Source: Balanoglossus misakiensis (Eukaryota > Animalia > Hemichordata). From it: a stretch of 64,000 nucleotides of DNA. Position 1 is the stretch's first letter, and every line of letters begins with the position of its first letter. The translations under genes and the position numbers were made by a program. Positions 1 to 11,589 of the stretch are shown here, piece by piece. The DNA lies in NCBI GenBank assembly GCA_040954595.2, contig CM082592.2:11689912-11753911 (forward strand), written 5' to 3'. The notes below the pieces were generated by a model. The model worked only from the letters and a program-made list of their open reading frames with translations, was not told the DNA's origin and ran no database searches.

Positions 1-673
1 AGGCTGGTGATGGGTGCACACATGTGGAACTACCATGTCAGCATTACACATCTTATGAAATTCACCCTCAGACTGTTTGTACAAAACGCTGGGTCCAGTC
101 CATGGCGGATTGTAGCTCAGAGATGTGACTAGTGTCAGGTTTCAGACAGATGTTCTCTGGTGGAAAACGAAATCTGATCAGTCCACTTGAACTTCACAAA
201 TACCTTTCTGTTGTGAAGACTTGTACGTGATTGACTTATCCAATTTCAGCCAATAATGACCAGGTTAGCCTCATCCATAAGTTGACCTTCTCCAAGCATT
301 TTCGGTCAACGGTTTCAGAAGAGTCTGTTGCATAACCACTCAAAGACGTCTCCTTCCTGTTGGTCATCAAAGCTCTAAATTAGTCAAATATTGTGCAGCT
401 TGTCCACTCATTCAATGATTTCATTAGTGGATTTTTTTCCTCTGAAGCCGAGGTCATGTGATTACACAGTGAGTCGTCAGAAGTTGACCACTGAACTCAA
501 ATTTGCATATTCTTGCCCAAGGGAGTAAATTATCAGTATCATTCTTGGCTAACTTGACATGAAGGTCAATCCTCATTGGTTAAATACAATTAATTGATTC
601 TGACCTAGAAGTGTTGTCAGGGATCAACAGAGTCTTAACAAGATTCCTGTTTTCTGTCCCTTCTTATACTCAG

Positions 674-1971
674 AATCAGTTACATCCACTTGATGGCGCA
701 TTTCAAAATGAACGTCCAGATCCGAGAACAAACCCAAGCATTCATCTACGGATTCAAATCCATCGTCAACCTGGAATGGTTATCCTGGTTCTCCACACCG
801 GAATTACAGCGCTTGATATCAGGAGACACAGCTGAGCTTGACTTGCAAGACTTGAGGTAGGAGAATCAGTGGTGTCTATTATTGATTGACAATGAATTCA
901 TTCAATTACGTTGGTCAGGAAATCTGGATTATTATATATAACAATTTGGAACAAAGATTTTGATTAGAAGAGAATTGATTTTTTTAATACTGCAAAGATT
1001 AGTCTGCACTGTGTTGTAATTGAGTTGATTGAAGCGCCCATGCTCCAGCAATTAATTTGTATTCAGTTTCAAAGACACTATCAAACACAACAGCTACTGC
1101 CAAAACAAATACGAAATCACAATCGCTACAAAAGTGCATCCAATCTCCCCTCAATAATCTGAACAAATCATGTCAAGTCAATGGATAACAAATACTTTCA
1201 ACAGAATTATACTATATGATCATTTCTTCCATAGGAAACACACACAGTACTATGGTGGGTTTCATAACCAGCACCGAGTGGTCAACTGGCTGTGGGATAT
1301 ACTCATAAATGATTTCACCAAAGAGGAACGGGCTTTATTCCTCAAGGTAAGTCTTTAAAAAAAAAAACCTTACCATTATTTTAATGCGCAGCATACTGGT
1401 ATCTTCCTCTACTGCATACAAGCAATCATGAATACAGCTTTTTTACTCTTTCTGTTTTGTTTTTCAACTCTCTCTGGTAATAGTTTGTGACCAGCTGCTC
1501 AAAGGCTCCACTACTCGGATTCGCCAACTTGGAACCACCATTCTCAATCAGATGTGTGGAAGTCAGTGAAGATCAGGTAACTGTGTACATTAACATGATA
1601 TTTCCCCACGCTCTTTTGTAGAATTGTAAATGAACCACCAATATCATGAATTCTCCAATTACCATTTGCTGAATCTCAGTAAAGCGGCCAACCCAAACTG
1701 TTTCTACCGTCAGCCTTTGCCAGGTTCATGAACAAATGACAATCCTAACAATTATTTCTCCCCTCATCCTTTGTCACAGGACACAGGTGACACCTTGGGG
1801 AGTGTGCTGCGAGGATTCTTCACCATCAGAAAGAAAGATCCAGTGGGCAGACTTCCCACTTCATCAACATGCTTCAATTTACTGAAATTACCAAACTACC
1901 AGAAAAAGAGTACACTGCGTGAAAAGCTACGATATTCTATAACTAGCAACACAGGGTTTGAACTCTCATAG
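674..1971 (+). CDS. UBE3B: Ubiquitin-protein ligase E3B, C-terminal HECT exons (5' part outside window)
   Basis: Exons 674-856, 1235-1346, 1484-1576, 1780-1971 have GT-AG ends and consistent phase. They give [10 protein letters not shown]...[13 protein letters not shown]...[10 protein letters not shown]...[13 protein letters not shown]...[17 protein letters not shown]...NTGFELS*, the UBE3B HECT C-lobe with the catalytic Cys. Confidence 0.95.
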
Positions 1972-3616
1972 TGTATAATACACTATCCACTGTCCATATT
2001 GCCAGAGAGAGATTTTGTTTCTGGACCCTTGGAATGTATTTTATTGTCTGTACATATTCTATTAGTGTGTTGGTTGTGAGAATACCATGACATGCTGGAG
2101 AGTTTTTAACAACTGTGAATAGTGCACACCAGAATATATTGAGCGTGGGTTTAGCAGATGGATTGGGTTGGACTGGGTTGGGTGTTAGTGTGAATGGGTT
2201 TGTGTTGAGAGAGGTTGGATACTGAGTGTGGGTTGATTTGACTGTCAGAGGAGTAAGGCAACAATATTTGATGATGGGTAGGGATTTGGCAAGGTCATTT
2301 TAGCTGGACGGAATAAGTATGATATCGGGTATGGAAAATGGGTTGGGATAGGGCAGGAATGTACCCATTTTTGCATGTTATGCTGAATATTTTACAGTGA
2401 ATTGAATTTACAAACTTAAAAAGCAATGAATGACAAGTACATTTTTTTCTAATGTGTGCACTGTGGTAACGTTTGGTTGGCAGTGCTGACAGCGTTCTAA
2501 ATGTGTTCATGTGTACATATTAAGCAACCACATTTGTTGCACATTTGAAATAGAACTATAAAATTTTATAATGGTAGGACTCTCGTGGTTGATATACCAA
2601 GTATATCAAAATCACTATTGCAAATAAAAATGTCTGTTTTTATGGTCACTGGGGTGAGGACATTGAGACATGTAAATAATAGAGTATAGGAAAGAGTCAG
2701 TAAACCAAATGAAAATCCATCTGCATGCCGACAAATCTGTTAGACATATTTTATGTATCAAGGAGTCATTGACCAGATGTACTGAATTTAGTGTGTCTGT
2801 AGTTTGATCAATTTGGTAGCTGTACATCCAGTGATAGACCTCAAACATTTGCGTGTGGTCATTTGGCGTGTAAGATACAGAATTTTTTTTGTGGTGTTAT
2901 TCCGTTTTCACCATTCCATTCCAGTGCCAAAGTTCTACAGAGTGTACACATGGAGATTTATTGTGAATTCTGAAACCACTCCAGATCCATCCTCAATATT
3001 TTTTTCCGATTCATTCTGAAGATGAACCATTCTTTTCTCAAACATCTATTTTCTGTATTCAAATTCACAATTACATCCACTTTGTAAGTGTTCTTTTATC
3101 AATGTATTCTTTTGATCAGTCTTAAACTGTACAATTTTGTATTCAGAGAATTTTTGTCATATACTGTACATATGAGAAATCACAGTAGAGTTTGCAACAT
3201 GTACATAGGTTGCATTGATCTTTGTAACTATGGCATCCAAAAAAATGTTTTCATTTTGTGTTGTAAATTTGTTCATGTGAGTGTGAAATGTATATAGAAT
3301 TTCAAATATTTGAGTTATGAAGGAATTTTGTAAAATCCCAAACTGATTATCAAACCTAAATGACATGAGAATGGTATGCCAGCTTCTCAATTGGATCCCA
3401 AGGTCTAGCATAACATCTTCACTTGCCATGGTCTTGCTCTCTGACAAATAGGGAGACTGACAGAGTGTGTAGAAGTGGGTATATGCATTCACATCCCAGA
3501 AAATGCATTTATTTATTCAAAACAACCTTTGATGAATTATTACATATTCAAATGATATATAATTATGCAAAGTTATGAAATTCAACTGGCATGAGTCCGT
3601 AATAAAATACAGTATG

Positions 3617-4646
3617 TTAACTCTTCTCTTGTAGCATTTTATTGGTGTCCCTTTTTTCAATATATCGCAATTGTTTCTTCTTCATTCTTTTGATCTTTGC
3701 AGGATTTTTTATCTGAAAATAAAGAAAAAGGAAATTATAATGTTCTTAAAGGCCCATGAATCATTGGGTCACAAGAAATAACCAAGGTAATATTTTCAAA
3801 ATGTTGTCAAAAATCTTGAAGTATGGGTGAAAAATACCAACCACTTGAACAATTTCAGCTTTACGCTGATTTTCAAATTTCCTCTTTTTCTTTTCTGCTA
3901 TCTTTTTGCGCTTGATCTGAAACAAAAAGTAATAAAAGATATAAATATGATGCAAATGTGTGTATTATCATCATTATCACCACCACCATCATCATCATCA
4001 TCATTCCACTGGAGGTCTCTTACAGGAGCTTGTGTAGTCTCATGGATGTGCACTCTACCTCTCGTTCCTTGTCTCTCTGTTCCTTCAATTCTTGTTCATA
4101 TTTTTTGACAGACTTCCTCTCAGCCCGGTCTTTCATTTTCTTCTGCCATGATGTACGGAAAGGTTTGTCTTGTTTCATATCGGAAAATCTGTAAAGACAA
4201 TAAGATTTCTGATTTCATCAGGAAACTGGGTCAATCTCTCGCAAGACATGACCATAATTTCACACACTATCCTGACCCTGCTGGTTTGAAAGATATGACA
4301 CCCCTCCCCCAAGAAATAATGAGTACACCCTTATATTACTCGTTGCCGTAAAGAGGCTGTATTTACGACGCAGCAGACTTGCCACTTACCTTGTCGTTTG
4401 TTCTGTTTTCCATTTCCTTCCTGATTTCGGTCTTCCCTTAGGCACACCTCGTGAGTATGATTCCTTCTTGTAAGTTTCCCAAACACTGCTGACATCGACA
4501 ACACCTTTTTCTTCACCGGAAGTGGTCTGTCCATCATCAGGCTGTAGTCGTTTCGCAACTTCACTCGATTCAAGGTTTGGCGATTCCGAGCTATGAACCG
4601 TATCATCTTCCCCTTTGCTCTGAGGAGCAGCATCTCTCTTTGTCAT
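3617..4646 (-). CDS. CCDC86: Coiled-coil domain-containing protein 86 (Cgr1-like nucleolar protein), ~185 aa
   Basis: Minus-strand exons 4646-4390, 4188-4059, 3916-3842, 3712-3617 are in phase. Motifs PKGRPKSGRKWK, RTSWQKKMKDR, ENQRKAEIVQV|IKNPAKIKRMKKKQLRYIEKRDT. Confidence 0.9.
3963..4005. repeat. (ATC)n/(ACC)n microsatellite in CCDC86 intron 2
   Basis: tattatcatcattatcaccaccaccatcatcatcatcatcatt. Confidence 0.8.
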
Positions 4647-5215
4647 TTTGAAACTGCTGCTCTGTCAATGTGTGAAATGTGTCTATTTCAATGTGATCGT
4701 TTCATCGGAACACAAATCACACGTGCCCTCAGCTGGCGTCCATATGTTTTGGGGTATTCCACTCCATTTAGGGGCAGAGGGGGATTTTGAACTGTGGTCA
4801 AATGGTATTCTAACCCTCAAAATGTTCTCACTGTTATCATTTTAAAATTTAACAAAGTTGGTTAACCTTCATATGTAAGTAAATGCTATTATGTCCCAAG
4901 TATAATGCCACACAAAGTGTTTTCGGGATATGGGAGTCCCTCAAGTGTGTTGCACGCTGTCTACTCTTGTGCTCGCGCGTGTCACCAGAGGTCATGATAC
5001 TACACATACGGGCATTTTCAAAATGGACGCTTTGTTGGGGTACGACAGCCCCAGTGAAGCCATGGAAAGTGCTGATTTTCAACGCAATCAAAATGAAGCA
5101 AGCGAGGATGTAGTGCAAGTATGTCATTAATACTTTGGCGCTTGCTTTCCTGTAGAATTATATTCAGAAAACGTTTCGTACTTCACTATAATGTGTGTAA
5201 TTTAATCATGACTTC
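4647..5215. promoter_or_regulatory. Probable bidirectional promoter CCDC86/RSRC2
   Basis: Head-to-head start codons ~570 bp apart; CpG-enriched relative to the flanks. TSS not determined. Confidence 0.55.
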
Positions 5216-8200
5216 ATGATGATGATGGCGGACGTTGTCGTCAGTCGACCAGGTCGTTCATCTCGACACATCACGTAGGCATGAATTGACCTGCGTGGTC
5301 ACGCGTCGTTCATAATTAACAGTAGAGCTGTAGACATGAACGTATTGTGCTGTCTTCCAAATGACATTGGATTTTTCTCTGCAGTACTATGTACTGATGA
5401 AATAGAATTTGTTTTACAGGAAGAGGAAGGCGGTGTAATGGACATGGATATTGACAATGATGAAGATTCAACCTCTGAGGCTGCTTTCCACAAATGGTTA
5501 GCAAGTTTTGATGGTGGAGGCCAGGGAGAGATAGAAAGTGTGGAAGAAAAGAAACCTGTTGCTAAGGAGGGACACAAGGGTAAATTTACAAGTTCCGGGT
5601 TCCGACCCGTCATAGATCAGCCTCCTGTAAAGCCGCAACTTCCCCCGCCACCTCCTTCGCAGCCTCAACCCCAGTCACAGACTGAGATTAACCTATACCC
5701 TCACAGAAAATTCACTGAAGAGCCGATTTCCTCTACTACGACATTCCTTCCCGAGAAACAGTTGGTAGAAGAATCGCCATCCCAGTCAGAGTCTCCACCG
5801 AGAGGCTTTGAGAATAACGCAAACATCATGCAATATTCTGCAGTCAGTTCAAGCTCAACAGCATACCAACAGAAAGCTGACACTTCAGTGCTGATGAAGA
5901 GCGAAGTGACGTCCTCCATCCAGGGACAGTTGGCGCCTCCCCAGATGTCTCAGAAAATGTCTAGCCCACCACCTAGAAGGCGGGACTCTAGGTCAAGGTC
6001 AAGTGAAGTTGAACTGGAAAGGCAAACAAGTACAAGATCAACTTCAAGTGAAAGGCAGACAAGTTCAAGATCAACTTCGAGTGAAATGAGAGGTGGGATC
6101 TCAGGTTGGTGATAGTGTAAAATGTACAGATTGTATGATGAATAAGTTATTTCACTTGAGGTCTTCATATATGATGTGCAGAGCATATTCTTTTGTTTTT
6201 TTAAGAGTTGAATCTGAGGATAGTTGTTCTTCTTTTTACAGATCAGGAAAGAAGAGATTCTGATGCTGGCAAAGCTGGTGAATGCGACAACAGAAGCAAT
6301 GAGGTAAGTGATACAGAACATCTATTTTGTGGCTAACATTAACAAACTATTTTACATTGCAGGTACAGTCTGAACTCAGAGGCTGGGTATGTATGTGAGC
6401 TAATGACCTACAAGTTGATATCAGAAACAGTAAAATTGTCAGTGAAAATCGGGGAGAGTGTTTCCAAAATTACGACTATTTAACATGCACACTGTATTTT
6501 ACAAGCACCAAATATGAAAAAGAAACCCACATCGAAGAAATGTAGTGATGTACTTCAAAATAAGTGTATGACATTTTTTTCTCAACTGCATGGAAAAATA
6601 TCTGTTCATTGAACTTGTAAAATCAACAAAAATGATAAAAGATGAAATGGAAATTGTGAACAAAATCCCGACAAGGATAGCCAAATCCTAGTGATATCTC
6701 CATTGCCCTTTTGATAACACGTTTTGTGTCATACACACTGTAATACACTCAGCCCCATACCTCAAGACTTGATCACCCTACAGAAGATGAGATTGACTTA
6801 GATCTGCCAACTAAAAGATCATCCAGATCACCCAGAAAGGTGAGTTGCGATATTTGATTCCAAAAGTGGACCCATGTATGACATAAGAAAGGAGAGATTT
6901 TGTCTTTCAGTCAAAAAAATAATGAATGCAGTGATGAGAAAGTGTAAAGGTACCGGTTTTTCAGTTTACTCTTTTCAGCAGTTTAGATGATGGCCTGGCC
7001 AGTAGGCAGTAAAACAACTCCTGACTTATTTCAGCAGCTGCTGTAGGGAGGTCTCATGAAACTGTCTTCTGCATACCCCTGTCTCCTGTGCATTGTTTGA
7101 GACCTTGTGTTCCTTTATCTCCCACCCTTGCCTACATGTATTATCCTAAAGAGTACTGTGTCTGTTATCGTAAGAGGCCCACTTACTTCTGTGTAGAGAA
7201 AACTTTTATCTACCATCTACAATTGCTCTGAGAGCAGCTCTTGATTTTAGATAAAAGTGTTTCTTGTCTGAAAAATAAGTGGGACAATCTTGTGTTGAAG
7301 AAGTGATGTGGATAATAGATAGTTGTAAGATTTTGCTTTGCCAGAATTTTACATACTAACATTTTTTATATGCCGTTTTTCCTCTAAGAACCCCATTCTC
7401 CCCCAAACAGGATATGGACGACAGGGATGACTTAAATGCTGGAAGGCGACCTTCTCATCGTGAGGGTAGAGATTCCTCATCATCGCCACACCATCCCAGA
7501 CAACGAAGCAGGTCACGATCAAAATCAAGGGAAAGAGGTCATCGTCAGATGTCATCCTCTCCAGTTAAGCGCAAGCACAGGTCAAGATCACGTTCAAAAT
7601 CAAGAGAACGCAGTTACAGACAGCGATCTCCACGCAGGAGGAAATATCGACCAAGGTCACGATCAAAATCCAGAGATAGAGGTCATCGCAGGTCATCATC
7701 GCCAAGGAGACGCAGAGCACGATCCAGATCGCGGTCAAAGTCCAGAGAGAGAGGCCGCCGTAGGTCGCCATCACCCAGACGACACAGGCACAGATCCCGA
7801 TCCAGGTCACGGTCACGATCCAGGGATAGAGGTCATAAGAAGTCAGCATCGCCCAGAAAACACAGCCATAGATCAAGGTCAGTGTCAAGAGAAAGAAGTC
7901 ACCACAAGTCACTGTCACCAAAGAGACGGAAGTCTAAGTCACCGTCCAGATCTCCTTCGCAATCCGCAGAAAGAAGTCCAATCGCTTCTCCAAATTCACA
8001 ACAACAACAAGACAAATCCAGGTCGAGATCAAAGTCCCAAGAAAGGAGGCACCAAAGATCCCCATCACTTAAGAGACTGCGGAAATCATTATCACGATCA
8101 CGGTCAATATCTAGGGAGAGGAAGCACAGCCGTTCATCAGTGTCGCCCAAGCAACAGAGGCCCAGATCTAGATCAAGGTCAAGGTCTGCAGGAAGAGGGC

Positions 8201-9905
8201 ATCGGCGCTCACCATCACCAAAGAGACACAGAAGACGATCGAGATCCCGTTCCAAACCGAGAGACAAGCGGCGGCGGTCAAGATCTCGGGACAAGAGGCG
8301 TAGTCGGTCGAGGTCTCGTGATCGACGCAAGAGTCGATCAAAATCCCGTGAGAGGAAGAGAAGCCGGTCAAGATCAAAAGAGAGAAAACGAAGGTCAAGA
8401 TCACCACATGATAGATATCATAGAAGGAGATCCAGGTCTAAAAGTCCAAGACATAGGAGACGGTATGTACTTCATGACAGCAAATTCGGTCACAAAATTA
8501 TTCTATGCCAAAGTTGGCAAGTCCATGATGTATGTAAGTTTTCTTCCAAGTCAGATTCAAAGGGTTATTTTCATGGGGAAGGAGAAAAACTCCTGTTCAA
8601 CAATAACCATATTGTATGTATCAAGCAAAGATGATGATTGTGTATTTTCAGATCACCACCACCATTTAGACCGAGGGATAGGTTCAGGTACAGACAGTCC
8701 AGCTACATTGATGATCCTGCCATGGCCGCACAAGAGAAACTGGCTAGGAAGTTGGAGATTGCCAGGGAGCGTGAAAAAGCCAGATTAGAAAAACAGAAAA
8801 AAGAACAAGAAGAGATGGGCAAAGATGGAGCCGCTGGTGGATGTAAGTATTGGTCGGCAGTTGGCTGATTTTTTGAAGAAGATATAAAACTGTTTGATAC
8901 GTTTAATTTGTGAAATAGAATAACCGCACATCGAAGTTGCAGTATGAATTGTGCATTTGCTTGTATATTGCAGTGACTACGAGTGCTGCTGGTTTGATGG
9001 CTGGATCTCTGGGTCAGGTGACTCCTCAAGAAGCTGTAGCAGCTGCTGCAGCTGCTATGCAGGCCAAAGTGAGTAGTTAGATTTTATTGCCAGTGGTGCT
9101 TTTAAGATTTTTGGTAAATTGTTTCCTCTATCCTGACTACTGCCATCAAATCCAGGTCTTTGCAGAAACTGGTGTGGCTGTTCCCAGTTACTACAATCCC
9201 ACTGCCGTCAATCCTATGCAGTTTGCCGAGCAACAGCAGAAGAGAAAGAAGTTGTGGGGTTCTTTGAAGGAGAAAAAAGAGGTGAGTGCTACTTGCTTAT
9301 TCATCAAGTACTTTGTGTTAGCTACAGCAATTGTATATTCAATGTGATATTCAAATGACAGCATATGGTGTCTGTTTTATTGACAAATGATTTATCCCAC
9401 AGGCTGAGAAATCATCGGCTAACCAATGGGAGAAGACCACATTCGGAGACAACTCCACCCAGGCCAAGTTCCGACGTCTGATGGGAATGAAAGACGAGGG
9501 AGGAGAATCTGGTAAGGCCAATCTGAGTACTGTCGGAATAGATCCTTACAAATCCAATTGCTGGGAGTTCCCTGAGCCTGAGTTAGTCAAATTCTTATCT
9601 CCACGTAATGTCGACAAACTAAAGTAACGCTTGAGGAACTCTACAGCAAAGTGTACAGTAACTTTTATGTAATTTCATCTGCAGGTGAAGATAAAGACGG
9701 CCAGCATGTTGACAGAGCCCGACTGATGCAGACACTGGATGAACAGTATGAGCAAGCCAGAGTCAAGACTCACACGCAGAGAAGTTTTGGTCTTGGATTC
9801 AATTTCCCACAAGGCGGTGTCCCTCTACAACCTGGCAGTGGGGGTGGTGGCGCTGTTGGTGGGAGTGGGGGTGGTGGTCCTGGTCCTGGTGGAGACAACC
9901 AATAA
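5216..9905 (+). CDS. RSRC2: Arginine/serine-rich coiled-coil protein 2, ~900 aa
   Basis: Exons 5216-5252, 5385-6104 (alt donor 6092), 6242-6303, 6753-6839, 7411-8462 (RS domain), 8652-8842, 8974-9068, 9156-9281, 9403-9511, 9685-9905 sum to 2700 nt in frame. C-terminal AETGVAVPSYYNPTAVNPMQFAEQQQKRKKLW...KFRRLMGMK...LDEQYEQARVKTHTQRSFGLGF is the RSRC2/SMAP signature. 5' exons are less certain. Confidence 0.88.
6017..6082 (+). repeat. 33-bp coding tandem duplication (ERQTSTRSTSS/ERQTSSRSTSS)
   Basis: gaaaggcaaacaagtacaagatcaacttcaagt is followed by a near-identical copy. Confidence 0.8.
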
Positions 9906-11589
9906 GCTGTCAGGCTCCATTACAATTGTCTTTCCGTCTGTTCAGTACCAAAGTGGAATTAAGTTTTAACACTTGTTAAGGAGCATGCATTCTGAATGAT
10001 TGATGTTGCCATCATTTTCACCTTTTCTTTTTTTAACCAAAAGAAGTACAGAGAATAAAGCTTTTCGTCAGTGTAGTCAAGTTGTAGGAATATGCTTAGA
10101 TGTTCGACAGGTACTTGAGGTTTGTGTATATATGCATGCAGCAGTGAAATTGATAAGATTCATCCAAGCTCTTTGCAAAGATTTTCATACTTAGAGTTGT
10201 TTACTCTCATATTGGGGATTTATAGCTTATAGAACTGTGGCACAAAGATAGCAGAGTCATCCATACTTGTTTTGTATTTCCCAAAGTATTATGTAATATC
10301 AGCCACCCTTTTATTAATTAATTCTTGTCTCAGTGACATAGTTTCTTGATTTTCAGACTGACCACATATAAAATATGACCCCTATGAGGTCACATATTGT
10401 AAGCAATTACCAACATTTCACAGATGTTCAACAGATGTTCAAGTGAGACAAAGTCTTCCCTAGTTTAAAGAGAATTATGTTCAACACCACAGCTTAATAA
10501 GTTCTGGGACATTTACCCCAAAGACATTTTACGCACACCCCAACCCTTGCCCTAACCAAACTGTAGTCAGTAGAACATGTCAGGGGATAACTCCTGTTGT
10601 TTATTGGCTGAAATACATTATGCAACTTTTTTGATATGATGTACTGACACCTTTCTGTTAATTTGTTTAATATGCTGCGATATTTTAGATAGTTTGCTAG
10701 TGAAGCCATTGTTTGCAGCTACTGCTATCTATCTGTATGTGAATTGTATGTCTTTTCTGAATCTGATTTTGATTGAATTACATTTTAACCATGTTTTAAT
10801 TTTAAAAATCACTACCAAAAATTTGAAATGATGATAATGTAGTGTCTGTCGTCAATTTAAGTGAGACACTCAAATGTTTTCTTCAGATTGTCCACATGAT
10901 CTGTGTTATATTTCAGTCAGTTTCAATTGCATGTGCTGTATTTTTTAAGCACATGTTTATGGTGTGTTTTGTACATCACTTATATCTCTGGTCCATGTAG
11001 CTCAAAATGGTAGACACTATTGTATCCCAGTCTCCGAATAAAAACTGCTTTCAAGAAATCAAAGACAATTGCTTGTTGTCTGTAATTATTACCATCTCTA
11101 TATTCTTAAGCGAAGAAACAACTTAGGTTGTTTGCATTTATCGTGTGTGAAATATTACCTACAGATTGTCTCCTGGAACGTGTGAAGTCTAGTACTTTTC
11201 GGTGATGTTGCTTTGGGAGGAGAAATGTGCATCGTGGCAGTAAGCTTGTCTGAAAGATGGCAGCTATACATCTCTCACAAAAGATGTGAAAAGACGAAGC
11301 GAGCAGCTGCATCGCTTTGATGTTTTGCCAGCATGATTGTTCAAGTTCCACCCCTGCCCTTTTTATTTTACAGTTCGATGGAAGTTTTGAGGGCGCTATG
11401 TGAAATAAAAGACCGAAAGATGATAACTCATCGACCGTTGAAGCGCAGCCTTGTGTCATATGGTGGAAGGGGGCGTGGCTTAATGAAATGAACACAAACT
11501 GACGTGACAGACACGCTAAGTATAGGATTGTAGTGCAGCGTGTTTTGAATGCTCCACATGAGATTTTCATTGGTGAATGTCGGGCGAAT

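Noticed and set aside
7436-8788. 450-aa overlapping ORF in the +1 frame of the RS exon
   Set aside because: RS repeats have very few codons with T in position 2, so the shifted frame lacks stops by composition; no recognisable domain.
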